Of a DNA stretch of 64,000 nt, positions 27,776 to 38,124 are shown piece by piece. The translations under genes were made by a program, and so were the position numbers. Numbering within the stretch: the first letter of the stretch is position 1; every line of letters begins with the position of its first letter. Below the pieces are notes generated by a model. The model saw only the letters and a list, made by a program, of their open reading frames with translations, was not told the DNA's origin and did not search any database. Source of the stretch: Syntrophomonas sp. (GTDB taxonomy: Bacteria > Bacillota > Syntrophomonadia > Syntrophomonadales > Syntrophomonadaceae); contig JAENZN010000023.1 of NCBI GenBank assembly GCA_016841245.1, forward strand, positions 1,016 through 65,015, in the 5' to 3' direction.

Positions 27776-28507
27776 ATGACCGGTTATATTTATCTTGGCA
27801 GCCGGATCTTACAATTTGGCGATGAAGGTATTGACGTAGAATTATTGCAGAACCTTCTAAAAGTATTACCCGATACTATAGGCTCACCCATTTCCATTTC
27901 CGAGAAAGGTGTTTTTGGACCAGAAACTCTCGCTGCAGTTAAAAAGTTCCAATATTATTTTGATTTAAAGGTAGATGGTATAGTAGGGAAAAACACTTTC
28001 CTATTCCTGGCAGTTCCCACTGATTCCTACCTGCCCGTTGGTGCAGCTCCTTTCGGTTCACGCATTCTGGAACAAGGCAGCTATGGTTATGATGTCTGGG
28101 TGCTGCAAAACCGCCTGGCCACAACGGCTCAAAAATTTGCCGATGCACTGGCAACCCCGGCTACCAAATATTATGATCTTAGAACAACCAACGCAGTAAA
28201 AATGTTCCAGCGTGACGTACATCTAATAGATGATGGAGTGGTTGGTCCTAAAACTGTTTATCAAATTTACAACTATGCGGGCATGGGAGCTAGATCTTTG
28301 CAGAAAGGAGTATGGGATCGTAGTCAGGGGTATGACGTATACTGGCTGCAGAGGAATCTTAATGAACTGGGATATTACCAGGGAGAATTGGATGGCAAAT
28401 TCGAGTCGCTGACTCAGCAGGCGGTTAAGGACCTCCAAAATTCTTTTTCAATTCAAGTTGATGGTATCGTAGGATCTAAAACCTATTTCCATCTAGCTGC
28501 TTACTGA
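27776..28507 (+). CDS. Protein made of about four PG_binding_1 (peptidoglycan-binding) repeats
   Basis: It contains repeated G-x-DV-x-LQ-x-L ... VDG(I/V)VG(P/K)(K/N)T units. AAGGAGGAAAAAGGA lies upstream. Confidence 0.8.
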   Translation: MTGYIYLGSRILQFGDEGIDVELLQNLLKVLPDTIGSPISISEKGVFGPETLAAVKKFQYYFDLKVDGIVGKNTFLFLAVPTDSYLPVGAAPFGSRILEQGSYGYDVWVLQNRLATTAQKFADALATPATKYYDLRTTNAVKMFQRDVHLIDDGVVGPKTVYQIYNYAGMGARSLQKGVWDRSQGYDVYWLQRNLNELGYYQGELDGKFESLTQQAVKDLQNSFSIQVDGIVGSKTYFHLAAY

Positions 28508-28568
28508 GCACATGTTAATCGAAATAAAATACTAACTCGCTCCCTTATTAGATAGCGGACTAGTAATA

Positions 28569-30878
28569 TTAAATTGGGTCAGGCAGATCAAACGACACAA
28601 AAAAGGTTGTACCTGTCTGGCTAGTTTCCAATTGAATGCTGGCCTGGTGGCGAGCAGCAATACTATAACATACCGGCAGTCCCAATCCAGTTCCTTTTTC
28701 TTTGGTGGTAAAAAAAGGTACCCCAATTTTATCAATCACTTCTCTGGGTATGCCGTTTCCCTCGTCTTTAACGGATAAGATAATTTTATTCTCTTTCCGA
28801 TAAGTTTTTATTATAATCTTTTTACCCGCCTCCATTGACTCCAGGCCGTTTCTGGCCAGGTTACATATTAATTGACGGATTTCTTTTTCATCCAGCATTA
28901 TTTCAATCACTTCATTTAACTGAAGTTCAAGCCATTTATCCTGAGCTGCGGCATCTGCCTTTATTAAGGGTGCTGCGCTCATAATAATCGAATTTAAGTT
29001 CCGCAGCTCTAAGTCTACATTTTTATGTCGGGCCATACTCAAAAATTCAGTAATTATCTGATTGGCACAATCCAGTTCCTCGATCATTAAATTGAAATAT
29101 TCACTGTAAAGCTCAAAACTTTCATGCTCTTTTAATAACTGTAAAAATCCCCTGACACTGGTCATGGGATTGCGCACTTCATGACCAAGACTAGCTGCCA
29201 TTTCTCCTACCAGATTAAGCTGATCTAACCTGACCAGTTCCTTCTCCATCTGTTTTTTTTCACTTATATCGTTGGCAATAAGTATCATACATTGCTTCCC
29301 CTCAACCTCATGGATCTCGGCTGATACCAGGGCAATTATTTCTCTGCCGGTCTTGGACCGCAGAGTATATTCCCGATTGCGTACTGAACCCTTTTCTTTT
29401 AGCATTGCTACCAGCTCCGCCCTGTCCTCTGGATTTACCCAGATACCTAATTCGAGCGATGTATATCCTATTATTTGGTTATGAGATCTGCCTACCGTTT
29501 TACACATTTGCTGATTTACATCAATAAATCTTCCCTCGTCTATAGTAGAGATGGATAGTTCGTTAGGGCAGGCATTTAAAATGGATAGATATCTTTTTTC
29601 CGACTGAAGAAGGGCCTGTTCCATTTTTTTGCGTTCAGTAATATCCATAAAAGAGACCACTACGGCCTGATTTTCATGGATTACCGCCACCGTCAAGAAA
29701 ACATTTTTCATATTACCCCAACGATCTCGGAGACGAAATTCATAATTATCAGGTGCTTTCTGGCGGTCTACCTGACGCTGAAAATGATAGCTGATCATCA
29801 TATCCAGATCACGTGGATCGATAAAGTGAGTCCATTTCATCTTATGTTCTATTTCTTCCCGTTTATATCCGGACAGTCTTTCAAACTCCGTATTCACCAG
29901 GATGATATTCATATCGTACTTATACATCATCATGGCCGTTCCAGTGCTTTCAAAGGTAGCCCGGTAGTATGCTGCGGACTCTTTTAAAGCCCTCTCCATC
30001 TCCAATCTTTCAGATATATCCCAGCCCACAGCTTGGATTTCAATCATGGTTCCACTTTCATCAAATATAGCCCGGCTGTTCCATTCCTGCCAAGCAATAC
30101 TCCCATCCGGTTTGATAATTCTCCATGGGAATAAAACTTCTGGTTCTTCCTTTTTAATATTCATAAGAAGTTTCCGAATGGCTTCTCTATCAGGTTCATA
30201 TATCAAATCCAGGAAGCTTGTTCCCTGCATTTCATCCTGACTCTTATGGAAGAAACGGCAGAAGGCCTGGTTAACAAAAGTCAAAATTACAGCAGGACTA
30301 CAGCATATAACCAGTTCACTTCTGCTGTCTACTATATTATAGTAACGCTCCTGACTTAAACGGAGCTCATCCTCTAAAAACTTCTGATAAGTAATATCCC
30401 TGCCGATTATCTGTATCTCGCTTATATCACCTTTTTCAGACCATATATAATCTTTGCTCCATTCTATCCACAGCTCCGATTCCCGGGTACGATCAACGCG
30501 CATTCTAAAAACCTCAGGTTGTCTTTCCCCGGCTAGTTGAATAAAGTTTATAAACCCAGATGACAAGAATTGGGGCATCATTTCCAGCAGCTTAATTCCA
30601 ATAATGTCTTGTTGGTCTCGAACTAACAAAGACCTCATAGCTTTATTGGTAAATGTTACAGTAAAATCCGGCTTAACTCGACAAATAAAATCTTTCTGCG
30701 CTTCCACTATATTTTCATAAAGATTCGTATGTAAACTACTATGCTTCTTTTCCGTCTCCATATTATCTGTTTTTATGTTGATCAATTCCGGAATTGATAA
30801 CCGGTTAAGGAGCTGCTGATTATCTTTATTGATTTCTTGAGCCACATCTTTTTTTGCTAACATTATTATTCTCCACAC
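28569..30878 (-). CDS. Orphan multi-PAS sensor histidine kinase (KinA/sporulation-kinase-like)
   Basis: It has several PAS-like blocks, an H-box (ASLGHEVRNPMTSVRGFLQLL), and N/G boxes (LARNGLESM, DEGNGIP, GTGLGL). No response regulator is adjacent. The start is GTG at 30878 or ATG at 30863. Confidence 0.88.
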   Translation of the reverse strand: MWRIIMLAKKDVAQEINKDNQQLLNRLSIPELINIKTDNMETEKKHSSLHTNLYENIVEAQKDFICRVKPDFTVTFTNKAMRSLLVRDQQDIIGIKLLEMMPQFLSSGFINFIQLAGERQPEVFRMRVDRTRESELWIEWSKDYIWSEKGDISEIQIIGRDITYQKFLEDELRLSQERYYNIVDSRSELVICCSPAVILTFVNQAFCRFFHKSQDEMQGTSFLDLIYEPDREAIRKLLMNIKKEEPEVLFPWRIIKPDGSIAWQEWNSRAIFDESGTMIEIQAVGWDISERLEMERALKESAAYYRATFESTGTAMMMYKYDMNIILVNTEFERLSGYKREEIEHKMKWTHFIDPRDLDMMISYHFQRQVDRQKAPDNYEFRLRDRWGNMKNVFLTVAVIHENQAVVVSFMDITERKKMEQALLQSEKRYLSILNACPNELSISTIDEGRFIDVNQQMCKTVGRSHNQIIGYTSLELGIWVNPEDRAELVAMLKEKGSVRNREYTLRSKTGREIIALVSAEIHEVEGKQCMILIANDISEKKQMEKELVRLDQLNLVGEMAASLGHEVRNPMTSVRGFLQLLKEHESFELYSEYFNLMIEELDCANQIITEFLSMARHKNVDLELRNLNSIIMSAAPLIKADAAAQDKWLELQLNEVIEIMLDEKEIRQLICNLARNGLESMEAGKKIIIKTYRKENKIILSVKDEGNGIPREVIDKIGVPFFTTKEKGTGLGLPVCYSIAARHQASIQLETSQTGTTFFVSFDLPDPI

Positions 30879-31142
30879 TAAGACTTGTTCATTATATATT
30901 TGTTTCTATTCGATTCTATTTTATCTTAATCATATTCAGTCTTACTTTGTATGTTTTTGACAAAATCCCTCTTATTACCTTTGGGAAATTTGACAGTCTT
31001 TGTCACACAAATCGTTTATTTTCATTCATTATTCGACTCTAATAGATAAACAGTATCCCTGGGGTCAGATATGACTATTGGTGTTCAAGATTTATTTGGA
31101 TTTGGGATTTGGCACCAGGGTGAAAGTTTGGGTTAATGTCAT

Positions 31143-31380
31143 GGGACACACCTGGTTAGGAGCACGGATTTCTTTAGGAGATTTAACGAATGGTGGGAAG
31201 TAGGATGAGAGTCTCGGGCTAAGGTCAGGGGACACACCTGCTTTTGAGATGGCTGAGGAACGGGGACACACCAGGTTAGGAGCACCGAGTTCTTTAGGAG
31301 ATCTAGCGGATGGTGGGTAGTAGGATGATAGTCCCGAGCTAAGGTCAGGGGACACACCTACCTTGGAGTTCCTGGTTGTA
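31143..31380 (+). repeat. Two-unit tandem repeat (period 119 nt), GGA/AGGA-rich on the + strand; candidate ncRNA locus
   Basis: The units are 31143-31261 and 31262-31380, and the 86-nt cores are about 87% identical. The GGGACACACC anchor occurs at 31143, 31229, 31263 and 31349. There are 17 GGA triplets on the + strand against 4 on the - strand across 31143-31408. The strand assignment is tentative. Confidence 0.8.
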
Positions 31381-31427
31381 GGAATGTCCCTGGGTATAGG
31401 CAGGAATGTCCCTGAGCAATTTAATAT

Positions 31428-31474
31428 TGATTCCATTGCAAAAACCCTGAAGATTACTTTTTGCTGTGGAATCA
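31428..31474. repeat. Palindromic hairpin element, copy 2
   Basis: The sequence is TGATTCCATTGCAAAAA-CCCTGAAGATTA-CTTTTTGCTGTGGAATCA. It has 5 differences from copy 1 (1358-1404) and lies 14 nt downstream of the minus-strand stop at 31488. Confidence 0.85.
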
Positions 31475-31487
31475 ATATTATCTTCTG

Positions 31488-32318
31488 CTAATCATCGTTC
31501 TTTGGCATATCGATAATTTCCATGTCCATGGACAGCGTATCTACCAGCATTATTTTTTGTCGTAATAAATCTCCTCTATTAAGTATTATTTTAAGCACTT
31601 CAGCCACCTGTAAGCTGGCCACTAGAGAAGCCGCAAATACCAGTACACTCTTTTCCCCCAGTCTATACTTCTCCTTACCTGCGTATATTTGTTCTATGAC
31701 ATCTTCACCAGGAAACTGAGTAGATACTTGGCCATACCAGGTGTTTACGGCCCCGTGCACCATCGGAATACCAAGGTGGCAACAGGCTCTGCTAAGCTCT
31801 AAGCGAGCCGGTACACTATCCAGCGCATCTACCACCACCTGCTCCCGCTTTAATGACTCTCCAGCTTCCTGTTCATTAAACTCCCGGTACATTCCATAAA
31901 ACTTGATACCCGGATTTATTCTCCTAACCCGCCGACTTACCGCCTCAATTTTCGAATGCCCAATGAGCCTATATTCAGCCATAAGCTGACGGTTAAGGTT
32001 GTGTTCCTGAAAGTAGTCATAGTCCCAGGCGCTTATTTCACCTATTCCCAATCGTGCCAGTTCTTCGATGACAAATCCTCCCAGGCCTCCGCAGCCGATC
32101 ACACTGACCCTGGAATTTAAAAGCCTGCGTTGTTCAGCAATGCTTATAGCTCCCAGGTTACGTTGATAACGCAGTGGGACGATACCAAGCGCCAGGGCAG
32201 CATCCTCGACCTGGCTTAGCGAACAACCCGTTTTACCTGCGATATTCAACTCATCAGATATAGAAAAAGAAAGACTATACTGCTGGTCGTTTAGTAGTTC
32301 TATCATTTCTTTTTTCAT
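31488..32318 (-). CDS. ThiF/MoeB/HesA-family E1-like adenylyltransferase
   Basis: It has a nucleotide-binding motif (VSVIGCGGLGGFVIEELARLGIG, DYDYFQEHNLNRQ). The ATG at 32318 lies 1 nt after the MoaD-like stop (GGTTGATATG). The track ORF extension to 32360 is rejected. Confidence 0.85.
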   Translation of the reverse strand: MKKEMIELLNDQQYSLSFSISDELNIAGKTGCSLSQVEDAALALGIVPLRYQRNLGAISIAEQRRLLNSRVSVIGCGGLGGFVIEELARLGIGEISAWDYDYFQEHNLNRQLMAEYRLIGHSKIEAVSRRVRRINPGIKFYGMYREFNEQEAGESLKREQVVVDALDSVPARLELSRACCHLGIPMVHGAVNTWYGQVSTQFPGEDVIEQIYAGKEKYRLGEKSVLVFAASLVASLQVAEVLKIILNRGDLLRQKIMLVDTLSMDMEIIDMPKNDD

Positions 32319-32319
32319 A

Positions 32320-32550
32320 TCAACCACCTGCCACCGGAGGAAAAATAGCCAGGGTATCATGGTCTTCTAATACACTGTCGAAATTAGCCCGTTTCCCATT
32401 AATAAAGATAATACCTATTGCCATTTCCTTTTTGGAAATCGAGAGATATTCCATTACCTGCTGAACAGTCGTCCCTTCTGAAAAATCCATATCACGAACC
32501 TTGAAACGCCCCTGGCGCAGGTTAGCAAACAGCTTAACGGTTAATATCAT
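32320..32550 (-). CDS. moaD: MoaD/ThiS-family ubiquitin-like sulfur carrier (C-terminal GG)
   Basis: The 76-aa product MILTVKLFANL...LAIFPPVAGG ends in Gly-Gly. GGGAGAGGTGA lies upstream of the ATG at 32550. The longer track ORF (to 32790) overlaps the upstream gene and is rejected. Confidence 0.8.
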   Translation of the reverse strand: MILTVKLFANLRQGRFKVRDMDFSEGTTVQQVMEYLSISKKEMAIGIIFINGKRANFDSVLEDHDTLAIFPPVAGG

Positions 32551-32596
32551 GGCCTTTTCACCTCTCCCAAGAACTAATACACAATGAATTAAAAAA

Positions 32597-33334
32597 CTAC
32601 ATAAATCCCTGTATTTTCTCAGCCGCAGATTTTCGCCGGCAGCTCTCGCATAAACTCTGCGTCGATATGTCCTTGCCTGGTGCTGCAATATATCCAAGTT
32701 GTTCCCTGGTGGCAAAAGGTTTCCCACAGCGCTGACAGTTGACCAGATTGAAAACCTTATTCCAAATAATCCGTTGTCCATCTTTTTCAATTACTTTAAT
32801 TGCATTAGTAGGACAAATTTCAGCACAGGCACCACAACCCAAACATACCTCAGCGGCCTCATTATACGGAGTAGCAACCTGCTTGTCTGTCCCCCTCATT
32901 ATCAGAGATATTGCACTGCTCCCCATTTCCCGGCAGGCTAACACACACAGATTACAGAGTATACATCTTTCATCTGCATTATTCTCCTCCAAGGAATTAT
33001 CAACACACCCATATTCTTTGTACATATCCTGTATTAATTGACTGCCTGGGGCCTGTTTGTATAAAAGCATTACTATATTTTTTCTCATCTTTTCAATCAG
33101 TGGGGTAGACGTTGAGACTTTTATTTCGCCTGTAATTGGATAGGTACACGAAGCTACTGTGTTTTTCATGCTTCCCCTTTCCACCTCTACCATACACAAA
33201 CGACATCTTCCCTGTCCCTCAAAAGCTTCATTATGACAGAGGGTAGGAATTTTAATTCCTGCTCTTTTAGCAGCTGTTAAAAGAGTTTCACCATATTCAA
33301 CATCTACATCCCGGCCATCAATTATTATCTTCAT
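32597..33334 (-). CDS. NuoG/HydA N-terminal-like Fe-S protein ([2Fe-2S] plus [4Fe-4S] clusters; BfuA-like core without a catalytic domain)
   Basis: Cys patterns are CHNEAFEGQGRCRLCMVEV, ERCILCNLCVLAC and CLGCGACAEICPTNA. AGGAGGGTGGG lies upstream. Confidence 0.8.
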   Translation of the reverse strand: MKIIIDGRDVDVEYGETLLTAAKRAGIKIPTLCHNEAFEGQGRCRLCMVEVERGSMKNTVASCTYPITGEIKVSTSTPLIEKMRKNIVMLLYKQAPGSQLIQDMYKEYGCVDNSLEENNADERCILCNLCVLACREMGSSAISLIMRGTDKQVATPYNEAAEVCLGCGACAEICPTNAIKVIEKDGQRIIWNKVFNLVNCQRCGKPFATREQLGYIAAPGKDISTQSLCESCRRKSAAEKIQGFM

Positions 33335-33345
33335 TACCCACCCTC

Positions 33346-35160
33346 CTATCTAATTCTAACTGCATCAAACCTGCAAGTATCTATGCAGGATCCACATGCA
33401 ATACATTTCTCAACATTAATGGTGTGAGCTTCCTTTTTCTCACCGTATATAGCATCTACCGGACAATTTTTTATACAGATACCACAGCCCGTACATTTTT
33501 CCTTATCAATGTAAAATTCGGTTAAATCCCGACATACTCCAGCAGGACACCGGTGTTCTTCTATATGAGCCAGATATTCGTCCCTGAAATATCTAAGCGT
33601 AGATAATACCGGGTTGGCAGCGGTTTTGCCCAATCCGCACAGAGCAGCTATCTTAACCGTTTCCGCAATTTCCTCCAGTAGTTCGAGATCACTGATTTGC
33701 CCTTTACCCTCACATATCCGGGTTAATATTTCCTGCATATGCCGGATACCTTCCCGGCAGGGCACACATTTTCCACATGACTCCCCAGCCAGGAAATTCA
33801 AATAATATCGGGCTACTTCCACCATACAGGTACGTTCATCCATTACTATCAGACCGCCGGAACCCATCATAGACCCGACCTCTTTCAGAGTATCAAAGTC
33901 AACCGGTAAATCCAATAGCTCAGCGGGTATACACCCCCCGGAAGGTCCACCGGTTTGAACAGCCTTAAACTGTCTCCCCTTTAAGATACCCCCGCCTATT
34001 GCAAAGATTATTTCTCTTAAAGTGGTACCCATAGGTACTTCTACTAATCCGGTATTGACAACTTTACCCACCAGTGAGAAAACTTTAGTTCCTTTACTGT
34101 TTTCTGTACCTATAGATGCAAATTTGTCTGCACCTTCGTTAATAATTACTGGAATATTGGCCCAGGTCTCAACATTGTTGATTACTGTAGGCTGTCCCCA
34201 AAGTCCTTTCTCAGCCGGAAAAACATATTTATCTCGAGGTTCACCTATTTTTCCTTCGATAGAAGCTATCAGTGCCGTCTCCTCACCGCACACAAAGGCT
34301 CCTCCACCTCGTACTACCTCAATATCAAAAGCAAATCCCTGGCCCATAATGTTTTCACCTAGAAAAGATCTTTTACGAGCATCGATTAATGCCAGATTAA
34401 GATTCTTCAAAGCTAGTGCATATTCATCTCTTACATATATAAAACCATTTGAGGCACCTGTTGCCAGAGCACAAATCACCATACCCTCGATAACCGTATG
34501 GGGATCTCCTTCCATAATACTTCGATCCATAAAAGCACCCGGGTCACCTTCATCTCCATTGCAGATGATATAATGAGGAGTACTTGACTGTTTAGCACAG
34601 CTTTGCCATTTTAATCCAGCCGGAAAACCTCCTCCGCCTCGACCACGCAAACCAGATTTTGTTACTTCTGTAATAATTTGTTCTGCTGACATAGAAAACG
34701 CTTTTTCTAATGCCTTATAACCGTCCCTATCAATATAGTCCTCTATGGATGCAGGATCGATCTCCCCAATATTACGCAGAGCAATTTTCTTCTGTTTTTG
34801 GTAAAAATCCAATTCAAGATGAGGAGATTTAACTCTCTTTTTGCTGGCAGGATTACGGTATAAAAGACGCTCTATCACTTCATTATTTTTTATCGTCTTA
34901 TCTATGATAGCCGGAACATCATCAACCTTTACCTGGCAGTAGGTAATATCATCCGGCAATATTTTTACCAGCGGCCCCTGCTCACACCAGCCATTGCATC
35001 CGGTAGATTTAGCAAAGGTCTTCACCTCGACATCATCCAGAGACTGAATTTGCTCCTGAATTGCATCAAATACCTGCAGACTGCCATTAGCCTGACATCC
35101 AGTCCCACAGCATACTAATATTTGTCGGCCTTCATTACTATACATCTTCATCACCTGCAT
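33346..35160 (-). CDS. HydB/BfuB-type NuoF-like flavoprotein (N-terminal [2Fe-2S] domain, FMN/NAD site, C-terminal 2x[4Fe-4S] ferredoxin domain)
   Basis: Motifs are [11 protein letters not shown]...[56 protein letters not shown] and [11 protein letters not shown]. The start may instead be an ATG at 35151 or 35145. Confidence 0.88.
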   Translation of the reverse strand: MQVMKMYSNEGRQILVCCGTGCQANGSLQVFDAIQEQIQSLDDVEVKTFAKSTGCNGWCEQGPLVKILPDDITYCQVKVDDVPAIIDKTIKNNEVIERLLYRNPASKKRVKSPHLELDFYQKQKKIALRNIGEIDPASIEDYIDRDGYKALEKAFSMSAEQIITEVTKSGLRGRGGGGFPAGLKWQSCAKQSSTPHYIICNGDEGDPGAFMDRSIMEGDPHTVIEGMVICALATGASNGFIYVRDEYALALKNLNLALIDARKRSFLGENIMGQGFAFDIEVVRGGGAFVCGEETALIASIEGKIGEPRDKYVFPAEKGLWGQPTVINNVETWANIPVIINEGADKFASIGTENSKGTKVFSLVGKVVNTGLVEVPMGTTLREIIFAIGGGILKGRQFKAVQTGGPSGGCIPAELLDLPVDFDTLKEVGSMMGSGGLIVMDERTCMVEVARYYLNFLAGESCGKCVPCREGIRHMQEILTRICEGKGQISDLELLEEIAETVKIAALCGLGKTAANPVLSTLRYFRDEYLAHIEEHRCPAGVCRDLTEFYIDKEKCTGCGICIKNCPVDAIYGEKKEAHTINVEKCIACGSCIDTCRFDAVRIR

Positions 35161-35632
35161 CCCCCCTGTATTTTTCTATAATTTTCAGGATACCTGATGA
35201 AGTAACCTTGGCATGAACGGTATCATTCACCATTACCACCGGAGCTATGGCACAGGCTCCCAGGCAGTTGACAGTTTCCAGCGAAAACACCTTGTCTTCG
35301 GTAGTTTCTCCTGGTTTTATACCCAGGTTGTTGTATATTTGATCAATCAAAACTGCTGACCCTTTAATATGACAGGCAGTACCATCACATACCCTGATGT
35401 TATAACGGCCTTTAGGAATCAGACTAAAAGCTTTGTAAAAAGTAGCCATCGAATAGGTCTGACTAAAAGGTACCTCAGCATGTTTTGCTATCATTTTCAG
35501 GGCTTCCTTGGGAAGATAGTTATATTTTTTTTGTACATCCTGCATCATGGCCAGAATATATCTTTTTTCCCGTGGGTAGGCTGTGACTATAGGACTTATC
35601 ATATCTTCTGTATTACTCACATCCTCAGCCAT
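35138..35632 (-). CDS. NuoE/HydC-type [2Fe-2S] subunit
   Basis: The Cys pattern is CDGTACH ... CLGACAIAPV. AAAGGAGGA lies upstream. Confidence 0.88.
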   Translation of the reverse strand: MAEDVSNTEDMISPIVTAYPREKRYILAMMQDVQKKYNYLPKEALKMIAKHAEVPFSQTYSMATFYKAFSLIPKGRYNIRVCDGTACHIKGSAVLIDQIYNNLGIKPGETTEDKVFSLETVNCLGACAIAPVVMVNDTVHAKVTSSGILKIIEKYRGDAGDEDV

Positions 35633-35705
35633 ATCATTTATCCTCCTTTAAAGACTGCCTGCCACCCATCTAGAATGGCAGGCAACCTATTATAATGCAA
35701 ATTTA

Positions 35706-37511
35706 TCAGGATAAACCCAATTCAGATTTTTTTTCTCCGGTGGGAACACCATTTTCATCCCAGCCGCGGATTTCATAATAATGGGGAAGCATTTTATCCA
35801 GTTCGGTTACACGCCCTTTATGCGGCCCATCAGCCATAGGTACTTCCACTAGCCTTGGGGGTAGGATATCATCATCTTTGCTAAATCCAGCATTCAAATT
35901 AAACAAACGTTCCAAATTCCATATCCGTTCACCAGCCAGCAGGAATTCTTCGTCCGTAAGTTTTAAACCGGTTGCAGTCCTTACTTGTTCGGAAATTTCA
36001 GGCAGACCGATGGCAAAAGTTGTAAAAAGGCATATTCCCGCCGAATCACATAGACCGGTTAAATCCTGGAAAATCTTGAGAAGTTCTGGTTTTCCTTCAG
36101 TAGCATCGGGATCAACCACTACTGGAATTCCTAATACTTCTGGCGATGTCATATAACCTCTTACATGACATCCGCCTCTATTGGATGTAGCATATTCAAG
36201 TCCAATCCCCTGCTGTCCGCGGGGATCATAAGCCGGCAGTTCCTGTTTCTTTACCGACATCGAAAATTCCGGATGTCCATAGCTTTCAGCTAAACGGTAT
36301 GAGCCTTCAGCGAGTTTATCGCCAAATCCCTCCCGATAAGCAGTTTTCCGGGTCATTTCAACCAGCATATCACAATCTCCCCATCTCATCGGGGTCTCCA
36401 TATCATCCTGAGGTATTAAGCCTTTTTCATACATTTCCACAGCACAGCTGATAGTCCCTCCCAGAGTAATTGGGTCCATCCCCAGTTCATTGCACAAGAA
36501 GTTAGCCTTGGAAACAGCTTCAAAATCGTCAATATTCAAATTGGCTCCAAATACCCAGGTAGCTTCGTATTCCGGACCTTCACCAAACCCTTTGTATTTC
36601 CCTTGGCTTATTTTAGTTACTCGCCCGCATCCGATAGGACAACCAAAACAACCTTTATTGCGAACTAAATATTTTTCAGCCTGATATTCACCGGATATTT
36701 TTTCAGCATTAGGGAAAATAGCCGCTTCACTAAAATTCTTAACCGGCAAACCACCATGGGTATTAAGAATGTTGACCAGTACATTGGTTCCATAAGCAGC
36801 CAAACCCTGCCCGGTAACCGGATGAGCCTTCAATTTGGAACGCGCATCTACAATTGCCTGCATAAATCCATCAGGATCTGCTACTTTAATTCCGCCACTA
36901 CCTCTTACAGCTATACCTTTTAGATTTTTAAAACCCATTACCGCACCAACACCGGAACGACCAGCAGCACGATTATACTCATTCATAATGCAAGCAAATT
37001 TTACCAGATTCTCACCGGCCGGACCGATACATGATACTTTGGCTTCATCATCAGTCTCTGCTTTAATCATATCGGTAGTTTGTACCACATCTTTGCCCCA
37101 TATTTCAGAAGCATCTCTAATTTCCACCTCATCATTATTAATCGAGATGTACACCGGTTTAGCTGATTTTCCTTCGATTATTATTCCATCATAACCGGCA
37201 AATTTAAGTTCTGGCCCGAAACTTCCGCCTGAATTGGAAGCAGCAATAGTACCATTAAGCAGACCTTTGGTAACAACATTAAACCTTCCACCTGAAGATG
37301 CAGCTGTTCCGGTAACCGGTCCCGTCATATAGATGATTTTATTTTCAACACTCAGCGGCTCTACTTTAGCATCAACTTCATCAGTAAAAATCTTCGTTCC
37401 TAATCCCCGGGCACCAATATAATTACGCAAATCATCCTTTTTCAGATCCTCGGTTTTAATAGTTCCGCTGCTCAAATCAATCCTCAAAATCTTACCTATC
37501 CAACCAAACAT
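35706..37511 (-). CDS. aor: Aldehyde:ferredoxin oxidoreductase family (tungstopterin) enzyme
   Basis: The 601-aa product has AOR N- and C-domain signatures: [59 protein letters not shown] lies upstream. Confidence 0.9.
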   Translation of the reverse strand: MFGWIGKILRIDLSSGTIKTEDLKKDDLRNYIGARGLGTKIFTDEVDAKVEPLSVENKIIYMTGPVTGTAASSGGRFNVVTKGLLNGTIAASNSGGSFGPELKFAGYDGIIIEGKSAKPVYISINNDEVEIRDASEIWGKDVVQTTDMIKAETDDEAKVSCIGPAGENLVKFACIMNEYNRAAGRSGVGAVMGFKNLKGIAVRGSGGIKVADPDGFMQAIVDARSKLKAHPVTGQGLAAYGTNVLVNILNTHGGLPVKNFSEAAIFPNAEKISGEYQAEKYLVRNKGCFGCPIGCGRVTKISQGKYKGFGEGPEYEATWVFGANLNIDDFEAVSKANFLCNELGMDPITLGGTISCAVEMYEKGLIPQDDMETPMRWGDCDMLVEMTRKTAYREGFGDKLAEGSYRLAESYGHPEFSMSVKKQELPAYDPRGQQGIGLEYATSNRGGCHVRGYMTSPEVLGIPVVVDPDATEGKPELLKIFQDLTGLCDSAGICLFTTFAIGLPEISEQVRTATGLKLTDEEFLLAGERIWNLERLFNLNAGFSKDDDILPPRLVEVPMADGPHKGRVTELDKMLPHYYEIRGWDENGVPTGEKKSELGLS

Positions 37512-37513
37512 GA

Positions 37514-37993
37514 TTAAATCACCTCCTCATAAACTGCTTTGAATTTCTCCGCATAGTCCCTGCGTCTGCCCACATTGGCTGGAGCCGGTTCTGCATAGGT
37601 TATTGCTCCTGATGGGCAATATTTAACACACACAGGGTCCCCGCCACACAGATCACACTTGGTAATAATATCGCTTACCGGATCATAGATAGTTGCCCCG
37701 AACGGACAAGCGATAGTACACATCTTGCACCTCAAGCAAACATCATGATTAACCCGCATTGCTCCAGTATCCTCATCTCTGCTGATAGCACTAACAGGAC
37801 ATACCTCCATACAAGCTGCCACACTACACTGCTGACAAACGATGGGAGTCGAAAATCCCACCTTTTCAAAATTAAATACCGAAATACGGGAACGAACAGG
37901 ATTAAATTCCTTGGTGTGAACAAATGAGCACATCATCTCACATGTCCTACACCCGGTGCATTTTCCCGGTTGTACAATTAATTCTTTGTGCAT
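37514..37993 (-). CDS. Polyferredoxin-like 4x[4Fe-4S] electron-transfer subunit (AorA-like)
   Basis: It has four CxxCxxCxxxC(P)-type motifs ([52 protein letters not shown]). I prefer the ATG at 37993. The track gives GTG at 37999. Confidence 0.85.
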   Translation of the reverse strand: MHKELIVQPGKCTGCRTCEMMCSFVHTKEFNPVRSRISVFNFEKVGFSTPIVCQQCSVAACMEVCPVSAISRDEDTGAMRVNHDVCLRCKMCTIACPFGATIYDPVSDIITKCDLCGGDPVCVKYCPSGAITYAEPAPANVGRRRDYAEKFKAVYEEVI

Positions 37994-38109
37994 AACCACC
38001 TGGTTCCAGCTGCTTGAAACCAGGTATTCACCTCCTTATCTTTATTGTGTTTTACTAAAGTTACGCAACTAAGACCATCTACTGCAAACATGATCTATAA
38101 AATGTTAAA

Positions 38110-38124
38110 GCAATTTTTGTGCCA
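38110..38124 (-). promoter_or_regulatory. Sigma-54 (-24/-12) promoter of the AOR operon
   Basis: The minus strand reads TGGCAC-AAAAA-TTGC, an exact match to the TGGCAC-N5-TTGC consensus. It lies about 115 nt upstream of the first gene and downstream of the EBP gene. Confidence 0.85.

Noticed and set aside
31110-31128. A TGGCAC motif (TTGGCACCAGGGTGAAAG) considered as a sigma-54 promoter for the repeat locus.
   Set aside because: The -12 element is TGAAA, so it lacks the essential GC of TTGC. I do not consider it a credible -24/-12 promoter.
31092-31475. Minus-strand ORFs 31092-31475 (127 aa) and 31139-31357 (72 aa), which encode duplicated peptides.
   Set aside because: Two overlapping frames are open simply because the sequence is a purine/pyrimidine-skewed tandem repeat. 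The start lies inside the palindromic hairpin and there is no SD. Differences between the repeats are mostly non-synonymous. I treat the region as non-coding.
32551-32790. An upstream extension of the MoaD-like ORF (156-aa version), and the 32319-32360 extension of the ThiF-like ORF.
   Set aside because: The extensions overlap the preceding genes in other frames. Internal ATGs with good SDs give canonical-sized proteins (76 aa MoaD ending in GG).
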